A stretch of DNA of 64,000 nucleotides. Origin: Lingula anatina. Taxonomy: Eukaryota > Animalia > Brachiopoda. Within the stretch, counting starts at the first letter, position 1. Each line of letters opens with the position of its first letter. The stretch lies in contig CM120640.1 of assembly GCA_051362555.1 (NCBI GenBank), forward strand, positions 52,306,788 through 52,370,787. Reading direction: 5' to 3'. The notes below the pieces were generated by a model, which was not told where the DNA came from, searched no databases, and saw nothing but the letters and a program-made list of their open reading frames with translations. Made by a program: the position numbers and the translations under genes. Shown here in pieces: positions 1-11,003 of this stretch.

Positions 1-250
1 TGAAGATGAATACCACTTTCTACTTGCACAGAGTATGTAGATATAAAAGCTATATATCTGCCATTGGTTTTATAAGATTACTAACATCAGATTATAGGCA
101 TTTTATTTTTAGATTTTTCTACAGATGACTAAGCCCAGATTCTCTCTTGAATTGCATAGCCAAAAAAAAAACTTTGGAAGGATGAGTCTTGTGTAATTCA
201 TAAATCGTTTAAAATGAACGAGAACGACCCACCAGTAAACACTCGTAAGT

Positions 251-636
251 TCTCCATCCGAGATGGCAAATGCATTGAAAGTGGAATACCAGTGAATTGT
301 GGAAAGAGTTAGGGACAACCCTATTTTAAAAAACTTAAATATACCCCTGCCCAACATAAATGCCAAGTCTGTCAGCAGCTTGCTCTAAATAGAAAAGAAA
401 AAGGCTGATTATTTTTCAACAACAGTGCCTTCAGTGACCAGTCAAGGAAGCTGGACTTAGATGAACCCCAGCCACTGAAAAAGACATCAGTAAAGCAGGC
501 CTCTGCTCGAAGTGGTGAGATGTCTGAGATGGCTGGTGGCCTATCACAAGCTTCATCTTTGTCACCTTTGCCACCACCATTGCGCCCTAAGAATTCATTA
601 GGTGCACCTGTGTTGTTGGTGGTGCCTGCACAGCAG
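251..636 (+). pseudogene. C-terminal fragment (copy 1) of an uncharacterised, probably transposon-borne gene (DUF6729-like family)
   Basis: Near-identical to 3883-4414 (tctccatccgagatggcaaatgcattgaaagtggaatacc...ggtgcacctgtgttgttggtggtgcct); encodes ...RVRDNPILKNLNIPLPNINAKSVSSLL*; lacks ~129 bp present in copy 2; ends where the LINE remnant begins. Confidence 0.65.
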
Positions 637-1670
637 GTTTGCAACAGTATTATGGCTGACTATGATTATGTTATTCAGTAACCTCAGAGAAAGAAATAAT
701 CAGACAGGGAGAACAAATGGTGGTATATGCATCTTTGTTAAAAAGAAAATACGAAAGTATATATTAGAAATAGCAAAACCGTGTATTGATTGCCTGTTTA
801 TATTATGTGCTGAAGACTGAACCAAATGGTGTTTATAATCTTGAGCAGTGTATGATTGAATTATCTGAGAAGTATGACCACCTATTAAACGTAGTAGGGA
901 AAATGTTTACAAAAGTCCTGAATGAAATGTTAATAAACTGGGCAGCAGATACAAGTAAGTTTTTATGAAGAACAGTGGGTTTAGGAAAGGCTATAGTACA
1001 ATAGAAAATTACTTCACATTGCAAGCCTTAATACAGAAATATCTTACAAAACAGAGGGGAAGATGCTACTGTGTTTTTATCGACTTCGCTAACGAACAAG
1101 ACGTGGGTGATATAAATACCTTTGTTAGCCAGTTTTTACTAAGGCTGAAGGACTGTGCTGGACAAAATTGGGTTGAAAGCATACAAAATAGTCCAAAACT
1201 TTGTAAAAACTATGCATTGTTTAAGAGTTTGTTAGAACCTGAAAAATATTTATTTGATATAAATATTAGGAAATACAGAGTAGCATTTTCAAGATTCAGG
1301 GCTTCAAATCAAAAACTTGCAATAGAAATTGGTAGACATGGAAATTTACAAAAAATTGATAGGTTGTGTAAATATTGCTTAGACAAAAATAGTTATGAAA
1401 TTGAAGATGAGAAGCATTTTTTACTAGTTTGTCCACGTTATGAAGAATTGAGAGCTCGGTACATTCCTAATATGAATATTAATAATACATCTTCAAATTG
1501 TTATATTGCTGTGATGAAAAAAAAAATCCTGATGCTCTGAGCAACCTTGCTAGATTTATTTATCATGGTTTGATTGCTAGAGAAAACTGATACGAAATGT
1601 CAAACTGTAACCTTGTGATGTATTTGCTATGGGCTGGCGGCCTTTATCAATTGAATCAAGTTGATGACTT
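637..1670 (+). mobile_element. Internally deleted non-LTR retrotransposon (LINE, RTE-X-like) remnant
   Basis: Endonuclease-type piece GRTNGGICIFVKK; RT N-terminal pieces LLNVVGKMFTKVLN and GFRKGYSTIENYFTLQALIQKYL...CYCVFIDFA; then directly the C-terminal domain RFRASNQKLAIEIGR...RLCKYC...EIEDEKHFLLVCPRY (CCHC zinc knuckle) in ORF 965-1540. The RT core is missing. The clade call is tentative. Confidence 0.8.
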
Positions 1671-1688
1671 AAGTGTTCATTCCATACA

Positions 1689-1829
1689 CATGGGTGAAAG
1701 TTTTCAGGATTATGCCTGATTTCAGGAATTTCGGTCTTCATTTTGATCTTTTTTTTTAATGGTTTAAATGAGATGAGAAATTGCAAGCCATGTTTTCAGG
1801 ATTTTCAGTTTTAACAACTTTCACCTATG
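1689..1829. mobile_element. MITE (141 bp)
   Basis: TIRs catgggtgaaagtt / aactttcacctatg (1 mismatch); internal ttttcagga repeats; flanked on both sides by cataca (1683-1688, 1830-1835). Confidence 0.7.
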
Positions 1830-2536
1830 CATACAAATTATTTGCATGGCTCCAGATGTTTTATCCTAAATTCTAAACAGTGTGTGTCTGCTTTGTATTA
1901 ACACTTTTAACTTTGAGCGCTCACAAGTGTCACAGAGGACAGAACAATTTTAATGCAATAATTTTGGATGATTGGACTATCATAACCAAAAAGCATTCTG
2001 TGTCCAAATTTAGATTGTAAAGATGACAGTGCACAGATTGAGCTTAAGTATCCAACATACAATGATTGAAACCTTTGATACTTGAACATTGACTCCCACT
2101 TGAACACTGACTGCCCAGTAAGCTGATTTAAGGTGCCTGGAAAGAGGGCTAGTGATGATGGACACTTGTGCATGGAACACCTTACTAGTACATTAACTTG
2201 AAGTTGGTGACTTGCTGAAATCAGAACACTGTGAGCTGTTGATGAAATGTGTTCTTGTGACTTTTATTAAAGTAGCCAAGCAATGACATATACTGGGCTT
2301 ACTTAAACCCATGAAGCCTTATAGGACAATGGTACACTAACCCAATTTTAGTCCAATGAATCAAGCATTAAAACAGAAAATGAGAATGATGGGCAGTCAT
2401 TCAGTTTACCAGAAAAATCCAGAAATTCATTTGTGTCGATTTTTTTTAGCCTTTAATTATTACATATTTACTATTTATCTGGAAAGGTAAGATGTCATGT
2501 TCATGAACTACTGCACATTATCTTTCCGTCTTTTAG

Positions 2537-3216
2537 GTAACAGTTGTCACAACAACAGGAATATCTGCCCTCCTTTTAAAAAAGATTGGTGCCCACACAG
2601 TGCATTCAACTTTAGCCTTGGATGATGGGAGACTCAACAAAGAAGACTTGGCCACCCGTATTTTGAGGGACCCTCAATAAAGAGACAGTGAAATGAAATC
2701 ACAAATATGGACTGTCTTATTTAGGATGAGGTGTCCATGTTATCTAAGAGGTTGTTTGAGCAATTAGAGTACATCATTCGAGTTGTCAGAGGATCTGAGA
2801 TTTTGATGGGAGGTGTGCGAGTTATTTTCAGTGGTGATTTTTATCAACTGTCACCTGTCCCAAATCATGATTATGAGGATTATGGGCATTTTGCTTTCCA
2901 GTCAGATATATTTAGCTAAGTCTTACCACATTACGTATTGTTGACAGATGTCAAACGCCAGGAGGATCCTTCATTTATTGCTGCTATTCAAGAGTCAGCA
3001 AGAGGTTCTCTCTCTAAAATATCTGATGACTATCTTTTGGGACTCTCTCATACCCTATCAGATAAATCTCCACACCCAAGTTTTCTGTTTGCAACCAAAT
3101 TCGAGGTGGAGTACCACAATACCAGAGCCCTACAAAGACTACCCGGAGATCCAACAATTATAACATCTCAAGATGAGGGCGATGAAGATCAATTAAAGAA
3201 AATGCCAGCACCACAT
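2537..3216 (+). pseudogene. PIF1-family DNA helicase exon (degenerate)
   Basis: Bounded by ttttag| and |gtaagt. Translates VTVVTTTGISA...AHTVHS (motif Ia), CLI*DEVSMLSKRLFEQLE (II), GGVRVIFSGDFYQLSPVP (III), LTDVKRQED (IV), LFATKFEVEYHN. Contains in-frame stops and a frameshift. Confidence 0.85.
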
Positions 3217-3882
3217 GTAAGTTCCTTGAATTTTTAGATTGTTGTTCTTTGATTAAACATTAAGTTTGATTAAGAGAGGCAAGACAGTTATGCAAGATGA
3301 GACCCATGACCAATCTGAGAAGACCATAGAGGAAGAGCTTGGGGCTGAATCAGCTGGGGAGCCTTGGCTGGATCACCTGGGGAGTCTGTGGCTAGATCAT
3401 CTGGGGCTGCTCAGGTTCCAGAGGGTTCTGATGCCCAGGACTCTGACAGTGATTTGGATTATGATACCTCCGATGACGAGGGTTATATAAGATTTGATGA
3501 GCAAGAATTTAATGATAATGCTCTTCTTATAGTCAAATTCAGACAAGATCTTAATAGTTATCTACAACAGGATTTGTGCAGTATTCATGGATTTTTTTAA
3601 CACAGACACTATTTGTATGGTTCTTACTGGATTTAACTGTATTATTTTCCTTTTTTGCAAGTTTGACCATTAAGTGCCATGCCATATTTTTGTTTAACAT
3701 ACAGAAGATTGAATATGCATTGACACAAGTTTTCAAGTATGTTGTGTACTATATAAATGATGGGAGTCTGTAACTACTTTTGTCTTATATATATGTGAAT
3801 ATGATTCATAGAAATTACTTTTTCATGAATGGTTTGATGTTCTCATTTAGAGTCTTTGATTGTCTGATTCATGGATTCGATG

Positions 3883-4752
3883 TTCTCCATCCAAGTTGGC
3901 AAATGCATTGAAAGTGGAATACCAGGGAATTGTGGAAAGAGTTAGAGACAACCCTATTTTGAAAAACTTAAATATACCCCTGCCCAACATAAATGCCAAG
4001 TCTGTCAGCAGCTTGCTCTGAATAGAAAAGAAAAAGGCTGATTATTTTTTCAACAACAGTGCCTTCAGTGACCAGTCATAGGAGGGTTATATCTGAATCA
4101 CCAATGCCTGATGCTGACAACCTTCCCCTTGTTTGCCTCCAACCTCTCGTGAAGAAATCAGTTATCTAGACATTCCTCTTGTAACTGGGAAGCATCCCCT
4201 CCAGAAAAGGAAGCTGGACTTAGATGAACCCCAGCCACTGAAGCAAACATCAGTGAAGCAGTCCTCCGAACAAAGTGGTAAGATGTTGGAGATGGTTAGT
4301 GGACTATCACAAGCTTCACCTAAATGTACATGCATGTAATGGCAACTGTGCCACCGGCATTGCGCCCCAAGAGTTCACTGGGTGCACCTGTATTGTTGGT
4401 GGTGCCTACACAGCAGTCTAAAAAGTCCACAACTTTTACCCCACAAGCATCCACCATCCAAGGTTTGCCCTTCAGTTTGAAACCACCTTGTGCCACACCT
4501 TTACTGCCAGAAAAGTCAGATAAACCCTGTTCTGCATGTAAGGTACCAAGATGTGGTAGACAGAGGAAATGGTGCGCCCCATCCAAGGATAAAACAGGAT
4601 ACAGCAAGCAGAAACTATTTACTTTTTGTCCAGCATCTGGAAAACCCACTACTCCTGGATTTGACAAAATGAGGTTTCACAATTTTGAACATTTTGAGGA
4701 GGTTGTGGACAAGGAACTAGAGAAAAGGAAAAGCAGTGACAAATCTAGTTAA
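3883..4752 (+). pseudogene. C-terminal fragment (copy 2) of DUF6729-like putative transposon gene
   Basis: Homologous to 251-636 and 6410-7215. Ends in a Cys cluster PCSACKVPRCGRQRKW...KLFTFCP...FEHFEEVVDKELEKRK with stop at 4752; frameshifted upstream. Confidence 0.65.
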
Positions 4753-4822
4753 TGTTCCACTCGCAAGAAGAAAAGTGCAAATGGCTGTGTAAAGTCAACA
4801 CATATGTATCATCTAGTGACAC

Positions 4823-7215
4823 ATGCAGCTAATTCACAATGTGGAAAGGACTAAGGGTTTCAGTTGTCCACACTGTTGTAAGACATTTTCTCAGAAGGGG
4901 CACCTCGAGAGCCACTCAAGGCAGCACCTCTATCCCTTCATCCCTATGTACATGTCAGGAGAAGCTATGCTGCAATCCACTCCAAAAGCTAGATCATTCC
5001 ACCCTGAGTCTGCTTTAGACCAGTTGTGGTTAGACCCAGCCAGTGCAGAACCCAAAGTCCTCCAGCTAGGCCATGACCAGTGGCGGCTTATGCTAGTCAC
5101 GACGTTTGAGAAATACCAGGGCAAGTCTAACAAGTGGCTACTGGAAAATGATGTTGGATGGGTAGTCTGGCTATTGGCAGAATGCTGTCTGAAGGGAGAG
5201 TCCAATGTGCAGATCAGATGGCAGAAGCAGCAGCTGCTGGACTTAGTGAAAGACTATCCAGCAGTGAAAATTCTCCTGGAGAGAAAGTTACAGGTAACAT
5301 ATTTACTATTACTTTTTCTAGTTTTTTCCATGTAAATATACCCTGTTCCCATTTATAGCTAATGCTGCTATGACAGGTTTATCCTTATAAATGATGTATT
5401 TATTAATTGTTTTAATTTCAGATTATTCATGTTGTTAGTGCCTATACTTAGCACACATTAAAAATTAATATATTTATAGAAAGCCAAAGAGATAGAGGAA
5501 GCAGAAAGATCACTGAAGACTGTGAAAGAGATGGAGGAAGATCCTGGATATACTGAAGATTCCATTCTGTTGACACAAGCAGGTAAAACGATGAACCTTT
5601 GCAGATGTATAATGTTGTCTTCACGTGACACAAAGAGTAAAATAATGTTGAACTTGAAATTTTAACATTATCCTTATAGGCTGACTTTATTATACCCTGA
5701 CTGAAATGCATTATACATCAAGTATCCCATATCCAGCACATATTCCATGAGACAGGGACTCAATGTTATATATTTGTTACCTTCAGAGGAAGCATAACAG
5801 CAGACCAAGGTATCTACACACACGACCTCTGTAAAGGAACTGGAGCTCACTGCAGAGTCCACCCCTGATCCAGAGGCCCCCTGCATTGGAAGGGTGGCAG
5901 AGGTCGTGGGAGGGAAGCCCAGACCCTAACATTAAGTGGCTAAAGGAAAATGAAGAGTATGGACTTTTTACTCCATCAATACCATATTTTTTTTCAGTTG
6001 AATATTAAAAAAAGTTGAAGATTGTCATCATTTATTGACAAACATAGTATATTATTGAATTACTATTTAGTTTAACTATGCATTTATATTCTCTTCACCA
6101 TTTAGGTAAACCTTCTGAGCTTTGCAGCCCAATGGAATGCAAGAATGGACAAACTGAGAGTGGCAGGTGGTCAAGGGCGTAAGTCATCATTCACTGACCT
6201 GAGACAGATACAACGGCTTAACCACCATGCTGAGGTTTTGTTTGGGAAGGAACATTTGTTTGTAAAGAAGTATGAGTCAAAGTAGGGATAAACACTGTTT
6301 GGCAAATGTTTGGGACAAGATTCAACCTTAAACAGTACAGCCCAGAAAACTAAGTTCGGACGGATGAAGTATGCTCAGGCAGCTAACTTGCTGTATCTCC
6401 TTATTAAAATGTTAAGCCAGAAATCACCATCAAAGCTGGCAAGTCTGGTTAAAGGACAGTATCAGGGGATTGTTGACAGGGTGCGTGACAACCCCATTTT
6501 GGCAGTATTGAACCTTCCTCTTCCCAATATCAATGCCAAGTCAGTGACCAGCTTCATCACAAAAGAGAAGAAAAAGGCCAACTACATTGCAACTGTGATA
6601 CCCAGCGTGACGTCTCACAGGAAAGTGGTTTTAGACATCCCTATCCCTGATGCTGAAAGCCTGCCCCTGTCACTGCCCTCACCATCATGTCCTCAGGTCC
6701 AGTATCCATTGCCACTGCATGTGACAGGAAAGAGACCACTACAAAAAAGAAAACTGGAGGGCCACAACCATTTACATCAGATGACAAAACTAACACAACG
6801 GGTCTAGATGCAGTTTCTTTGGGCATGGAAAGTGAAAGAAAATGTCCTCTTATGACCAAAGAGACTGCTTCTGCTGCACCTGTTCTGTTAGTTGTGCCAT
6901 CTCAGCCACAAGGCCCGTCAGTGGTATTTGGGCGGCCCAACCAGCCTGCCTTTGTTTTCATGTCTCCACCTCCACCAGTGCAGTCAAAACCTGTCATGCC
7001 CAAAAAGTCCAGTAAACCTTGTGCCCTTTGTAAGATCCCAAAATGTGGTGGCAAAAGGAGGCGATATACACCCAGAAATGACTGAAGGCAGTGGACAAAA
7101 GATATTTACATTTTGCCCTACAAGTCTACAAATGATTTGATCTTGTCTATGAAAGTTATGAACATTTTAAAAGAGCTGTTAATGAAGAACTAGATAAGAG
7201 AAAAAAACATTGTAT
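4823..7215 (+). pseudogene. Intron-containing, internally deleted copy (copy 3) of DUF6729-like putative transposon gene with N-terminal C2H2 finger
   Basis: CPHCCKTFSQKGHLESHSRQH (C2H2), then FEKYQGKSNKWLLENDVGWVVWLL to a donor after 5293. Exon 5480-5582 (KAKEIEEAE...) is in phase; exon from ~5787 has a stop (…GWQRSWE..PNIKWLKENEEYGLF). From 6106: VNLLSFAAQWNARMDKLRVAGGQGR...LFGKEHLF, then KKYESK..TLFGKCLG...AQKTKFG and the same C-terminal Cys cluster (PCALCKIPKCGG...KIFTFCP). Family name is from recall, not a search. Confidence 0.6.
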
Positions 7216-7317
7216 TATTAGAATGTTTGGCTTCATCTGTTATCATATTTATTTGTAACACATTTGATTAGCTTTTATTATTTGTCATTAGTGTTCATCC
7301 TCTTTTTAACTTTGCAG

Positions 7318-8044
7318 TTGATGAAGAACAGTCTGGAGAATTGGAAGAAGAAGAGAAGGAAGATAGTGGTGAAGGTGATGAGGAATCGGAGGGTGAGGGG
7401 TTGGTATTGGATCAAAAGGACACAGATCCAATCAACTACATCAGCAAGTCACACACCTCTGTAACACAAGCAGAAAAAGTAGATGAGTCACATATGGTGA
7501 TATAGCATTTTGCATAGCTGCACAGGTGGAACGAGCTGCCAATTTATCTATAAATTTTTATAAATTTCATGTTGTACAGTCTACTGTAAATTTTAAGGCT
7601 TTTAGACTCAACATAGATCTATTATTATCACTGTATCATAGGTGATCAGTCCAGTTCTTCAGAACGTCCTCATGGCACCTAGACACTACCATCTAACTGG
7701 TTTTAAGGAGGTTGAGAATCTGGCTGTGTCACTTCTACAGCTGGCTGATGACACTGTCAGACACATAATTCTAGCACCACTCAGGAAACAAATAAGAGTA
7801 GCTGCACTGGCTCTCCATGACCCTGACAAGTCCTACTCACAGTTCACCAAAAAGTATACATCAAAGTGGGGATATACTCTCTTTGGCAGATGTCTAGGAC
7901 CCGAATCCCCCTTGAGTAGTACAGCCCAGAAAACCAAGTTTGGGTAGATGAGGTAAGCCCAGGCAGCCAGTATCACCGAAGAATCTTGGCTTAATTACAT
8001 ACTGATCTAGATTATTGAGAATCACCCACCAGTTCATCAGAACC
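7318..8044 (+). pseudogene. Further fragments of the same DUF6729-like gene (acidic segment; PRHYHL...AQKTKFG segment)
   Basis: 7642-7947 KKYTSKWGYTLFGRCLGPESPLSSTAQKTKFG is homologous to 6261-6360 KKYESK*G*TLFGKCLGQDSTLNSTAQKTKFG; acidic segment DEEQSGELEEEEEEDSGEGDEE at ~7320. Confidence 0.6.
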
Positions 8045-8600
8045 TGTGTACATTGGTAAATCTAATGAAAGTTCATTCAAAGAAGGTAATGCTCAGCACC
8101 TTCTATGGGAGGAACAGAAAGAGCAAGCACAAGCAAAGGGCACAAGATTGACGTGGCGGCACCCTATGATGGTGAAGTGGTGCATGTCAATGAGGGCAAT
8201 TTCTACCTCAGCTTATGGTTTCATCATTGACTCTGGCTTCAGAAGATGCCAAGAAGAACTCTAACAGACTATGAACATTATTTAACAATTACCAGTGGAG
8301 AAGAAGCCACTGACAGATTCATAGCTGCAACAAAATTTGATACTCTCTAAGACTATCAGAAAAATGTATCATTGCTATTTGATGAAGTGCAAATTAAGTC
8401 AGACTTGATCTGCAACAAGCACACTGGACAATTGATTGAACTATGCAAAAAACATACATTGAAATTTATATTTCAGAAAAATTTAAAAGATGGTGGCAAC
8501 AAAGAACAAGATCTTGCCACCCATGTTTACTGTTTATGGTGCAAGAGATATCTGCAGATTATTCTTTCCCCCTTGCTTTCTACCACTGTTGCGCTTTTTC
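8045..8600 (+). mobile_element. P-element/THAP9-type transposase remnant
   Basis: LLWEEQ...WRHPMMVKWCMSM...SAYGFI.DSGF; PRRTLTDY; QKNVSLLFDEVQIKSDL.CNKHTGQLI (first catalytic D region); QDLATHV..FMVQ...SFPLAF. Several frameshifts; no TIRs found. Confidence 0.8.
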
Positions 8601-9175
8601 AGCATCATAACTGAAACATCAGAAATGGCAGCTGATTAACTGAACTTGAAGCATCAATTCTTACATCTCAGCTTCAGTAGCCATCTTATAATGTTACTCC
8701 GCCTAAAAAAGGCACTGCTTATTGAACATGGAGATTCGCATGTCGGACTATGCTGCAGTGAAAACAAATACAGCGCCACCTCACATCTTAAAATTTAAAA
8801 TGCAGTAACTAACAAATTAAGCTGGTTGTTTCAAGTGCTAATTGATAAATATTGTAATCAGATCAAACAGGCACTTTATTTATGATAAAGAATGATATCA
8901 GATGATCTTGTGTTTGAGCCCTGTCAGTTTTTAGCATACTATATATGGATTTTGTTTCTTGGTGCTTTCACAGCATGCAGTTTATTGATTTAATTTAACA
9001 GTTTATTTGTTCACTAAGTGACCCATGATGTGGAGGTCAAATTTAACTGCCGCAAACATATTAAAAAATGAAAATACCCAATTGCATACTGCTCTTTCCT
9101 CTCCAAATATTTTTATTTTCATTCAGCATCCCTACTGTGAAGATAGTACTTGACTTGCAAGCATCAGTATGTACA

Positions 9176-9302
9176 ATGGAAACCATAATTAAAGATTTCA
9201 TGGGACCAGCAGGCCTTGACGTAGACGGCATACCTCCCTTTAGGGTTTGATGAAGTCATGGATGTCCTCTGGGCTAGATCAAGTCAACACATCAACTGTA
9301 TG
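9176..9302 (+). pseudogene. Additional small fragment of DUF6729-like gene
   Basis: METIIKDFMGPAGLDVDGIPPF.../EVMDVLWARSSQHINCM resembles (from recall) the GPxGLDxxGIPLF...W...KHxxCxQD segment of this family; no copy within the window to confirm. Confidence 0.4.
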
Positions 9303-10470
9303 TTCATATGCGTGTATGAACATATGCTGTTCCATTTTTCTGTCCTCTAACTGCTAGTTACATTAATTCTCTGAAAGATAAAAAATACAAAATATTAGTT
9401 AACTCATTACAATTTGTTCAGGCATACCAATTTATGTACAGTCAATATGATGGTAACAATCATGGTGTAGCCCTGCAAAAATTCAAGTCTCATTTTTGAA
9501 GCAAATTTTTTTGTAAGGTCTTCATGTCCATTTCTTATACCTTCTGTGCCTTCTGGAATATGTGGCATCGTGCCACTGTAGGTAAATAATTGCATATAAT
9601 TGATTACTTTTGCACTTTGCACTCTACTTTTTAATACTTCACAAGCATTTAAATTTGACTTACTGTTAAACACCAAAGGCTCTCAAAGGTACTTATTTTT
9701 CTTTTCAAAGATACATTAAAAGAGATATATTAATGATTGAGATTTTTATAGTAAATAATTCTTAATCATTATTATTACTGGTGTACCTGTTCTTCTTTGC
9801 TGCCCAATGGAATAATTAACATGTTGCTGTGGGTCAAGGGTGTCTGCCATCTAGTTAGATCCAAGGAAGAATCGGTTTCTGAGATTTTGTCACTCTGAAC
9901 CACACTCTATAACACCTACGCCACTTTCAGAAAAAGTTAGGACCCTGAAGAGGATATCAATACACACTGGTAACTGTTACTTTACTCACTTCACTTCCAG
10001 AGAAGTGAAAAAGAACAAGATCTAAAAGAGCAAAATTTCTTCACATTCAAATATTCATTTATTCAAACCTAAGATTATTTGACTAAGAAAGATTAAATTA
10101 AATATACACTTATAACCAAAATTTAGTTTGATGATTTTATATCAGGTTTTGGATGTAAAATATCACCAATGTTCCGTGTATAAAATTCAACTTGTTTGTT
10201 TTTCCATGTTTAATATACAGTTTACACAGAGCAGGAGATGGTTGAGGATAAGGCTAAGGAAGGAGATGAATACCATATGTAGATAACCTGTGAGGTCAGT
10301 TGGGTTTTTCCATAGAGGTCACACTTGCTGTACAGGGAATTTAACTTAATGACATCATCTGGTTTAGAGATCATTTTGAAATGGCTTGCTGAGGTGGTAG
10401 TGTTGCATGGCTGGAAAAAAAGGAAGAACGAATTATCAAAATAGTGCACGGACTGTTTAAAAAGGACTCC

Positions 10471-10896
10471 CGGCTTCGCCTCGCCAATTATCTGCTCTAT
10501 TTCTCGAAAGCTCAGCGCAGAGTGCTTTATCTGGCTTAAAGCACGAGTAATTAACCTTGTGCATTGGTGCGTGGAACGCATTCGTGGATGACGTGACTTT
10601 ACACCAAATAAAGCACGGCGCGACCTATTGTCTTTTGAAAGGAGAGTGCTTTAAGGTATAGATAAAGTATGCGGCGCTGAGCTTTACAAGAAATACAGCA
10701 GATAATTGTCTCGGCTTCGCCTCGCCAATTATCTGCTCTATTTCTCGTAAAGCTCAGTACCGAGTACTTTATCTGGCTTAAAGCACGAGTAATTAACCCT
10801 GTGCATTGGTGTGTGGAACGCATTCGTGGATGACGTGACTTTACACAAAATAAAGGATGGCGCGACCTATTGTCTTTTGACAGGAGAGTGCTTTAA
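10471..10896. repeat. Two tandem ~185-bp units with a central ~49-bp-arm hairpin (Crypton-like non-autonomous repeat)
   Basis: Units 10471-10654 and 10712-10896 (cggcttcgcctcgccaattatctgctc...ggagagtgctttaa). Inverted repeat 10660-10774 around loop tctcggcttcgcctcgc. Confidence 0.75.
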
Positions 10897-11003
10897 ATAC
10901 CATTACGGCATTAGCATGGAAGGACAATAACCTACTGCATGGTAAGTCACTGATGAGAAAAGGAGTTAAAAAAAAAGGGAACCCCTCTTGAGTCTTCTGA
11001 TAA

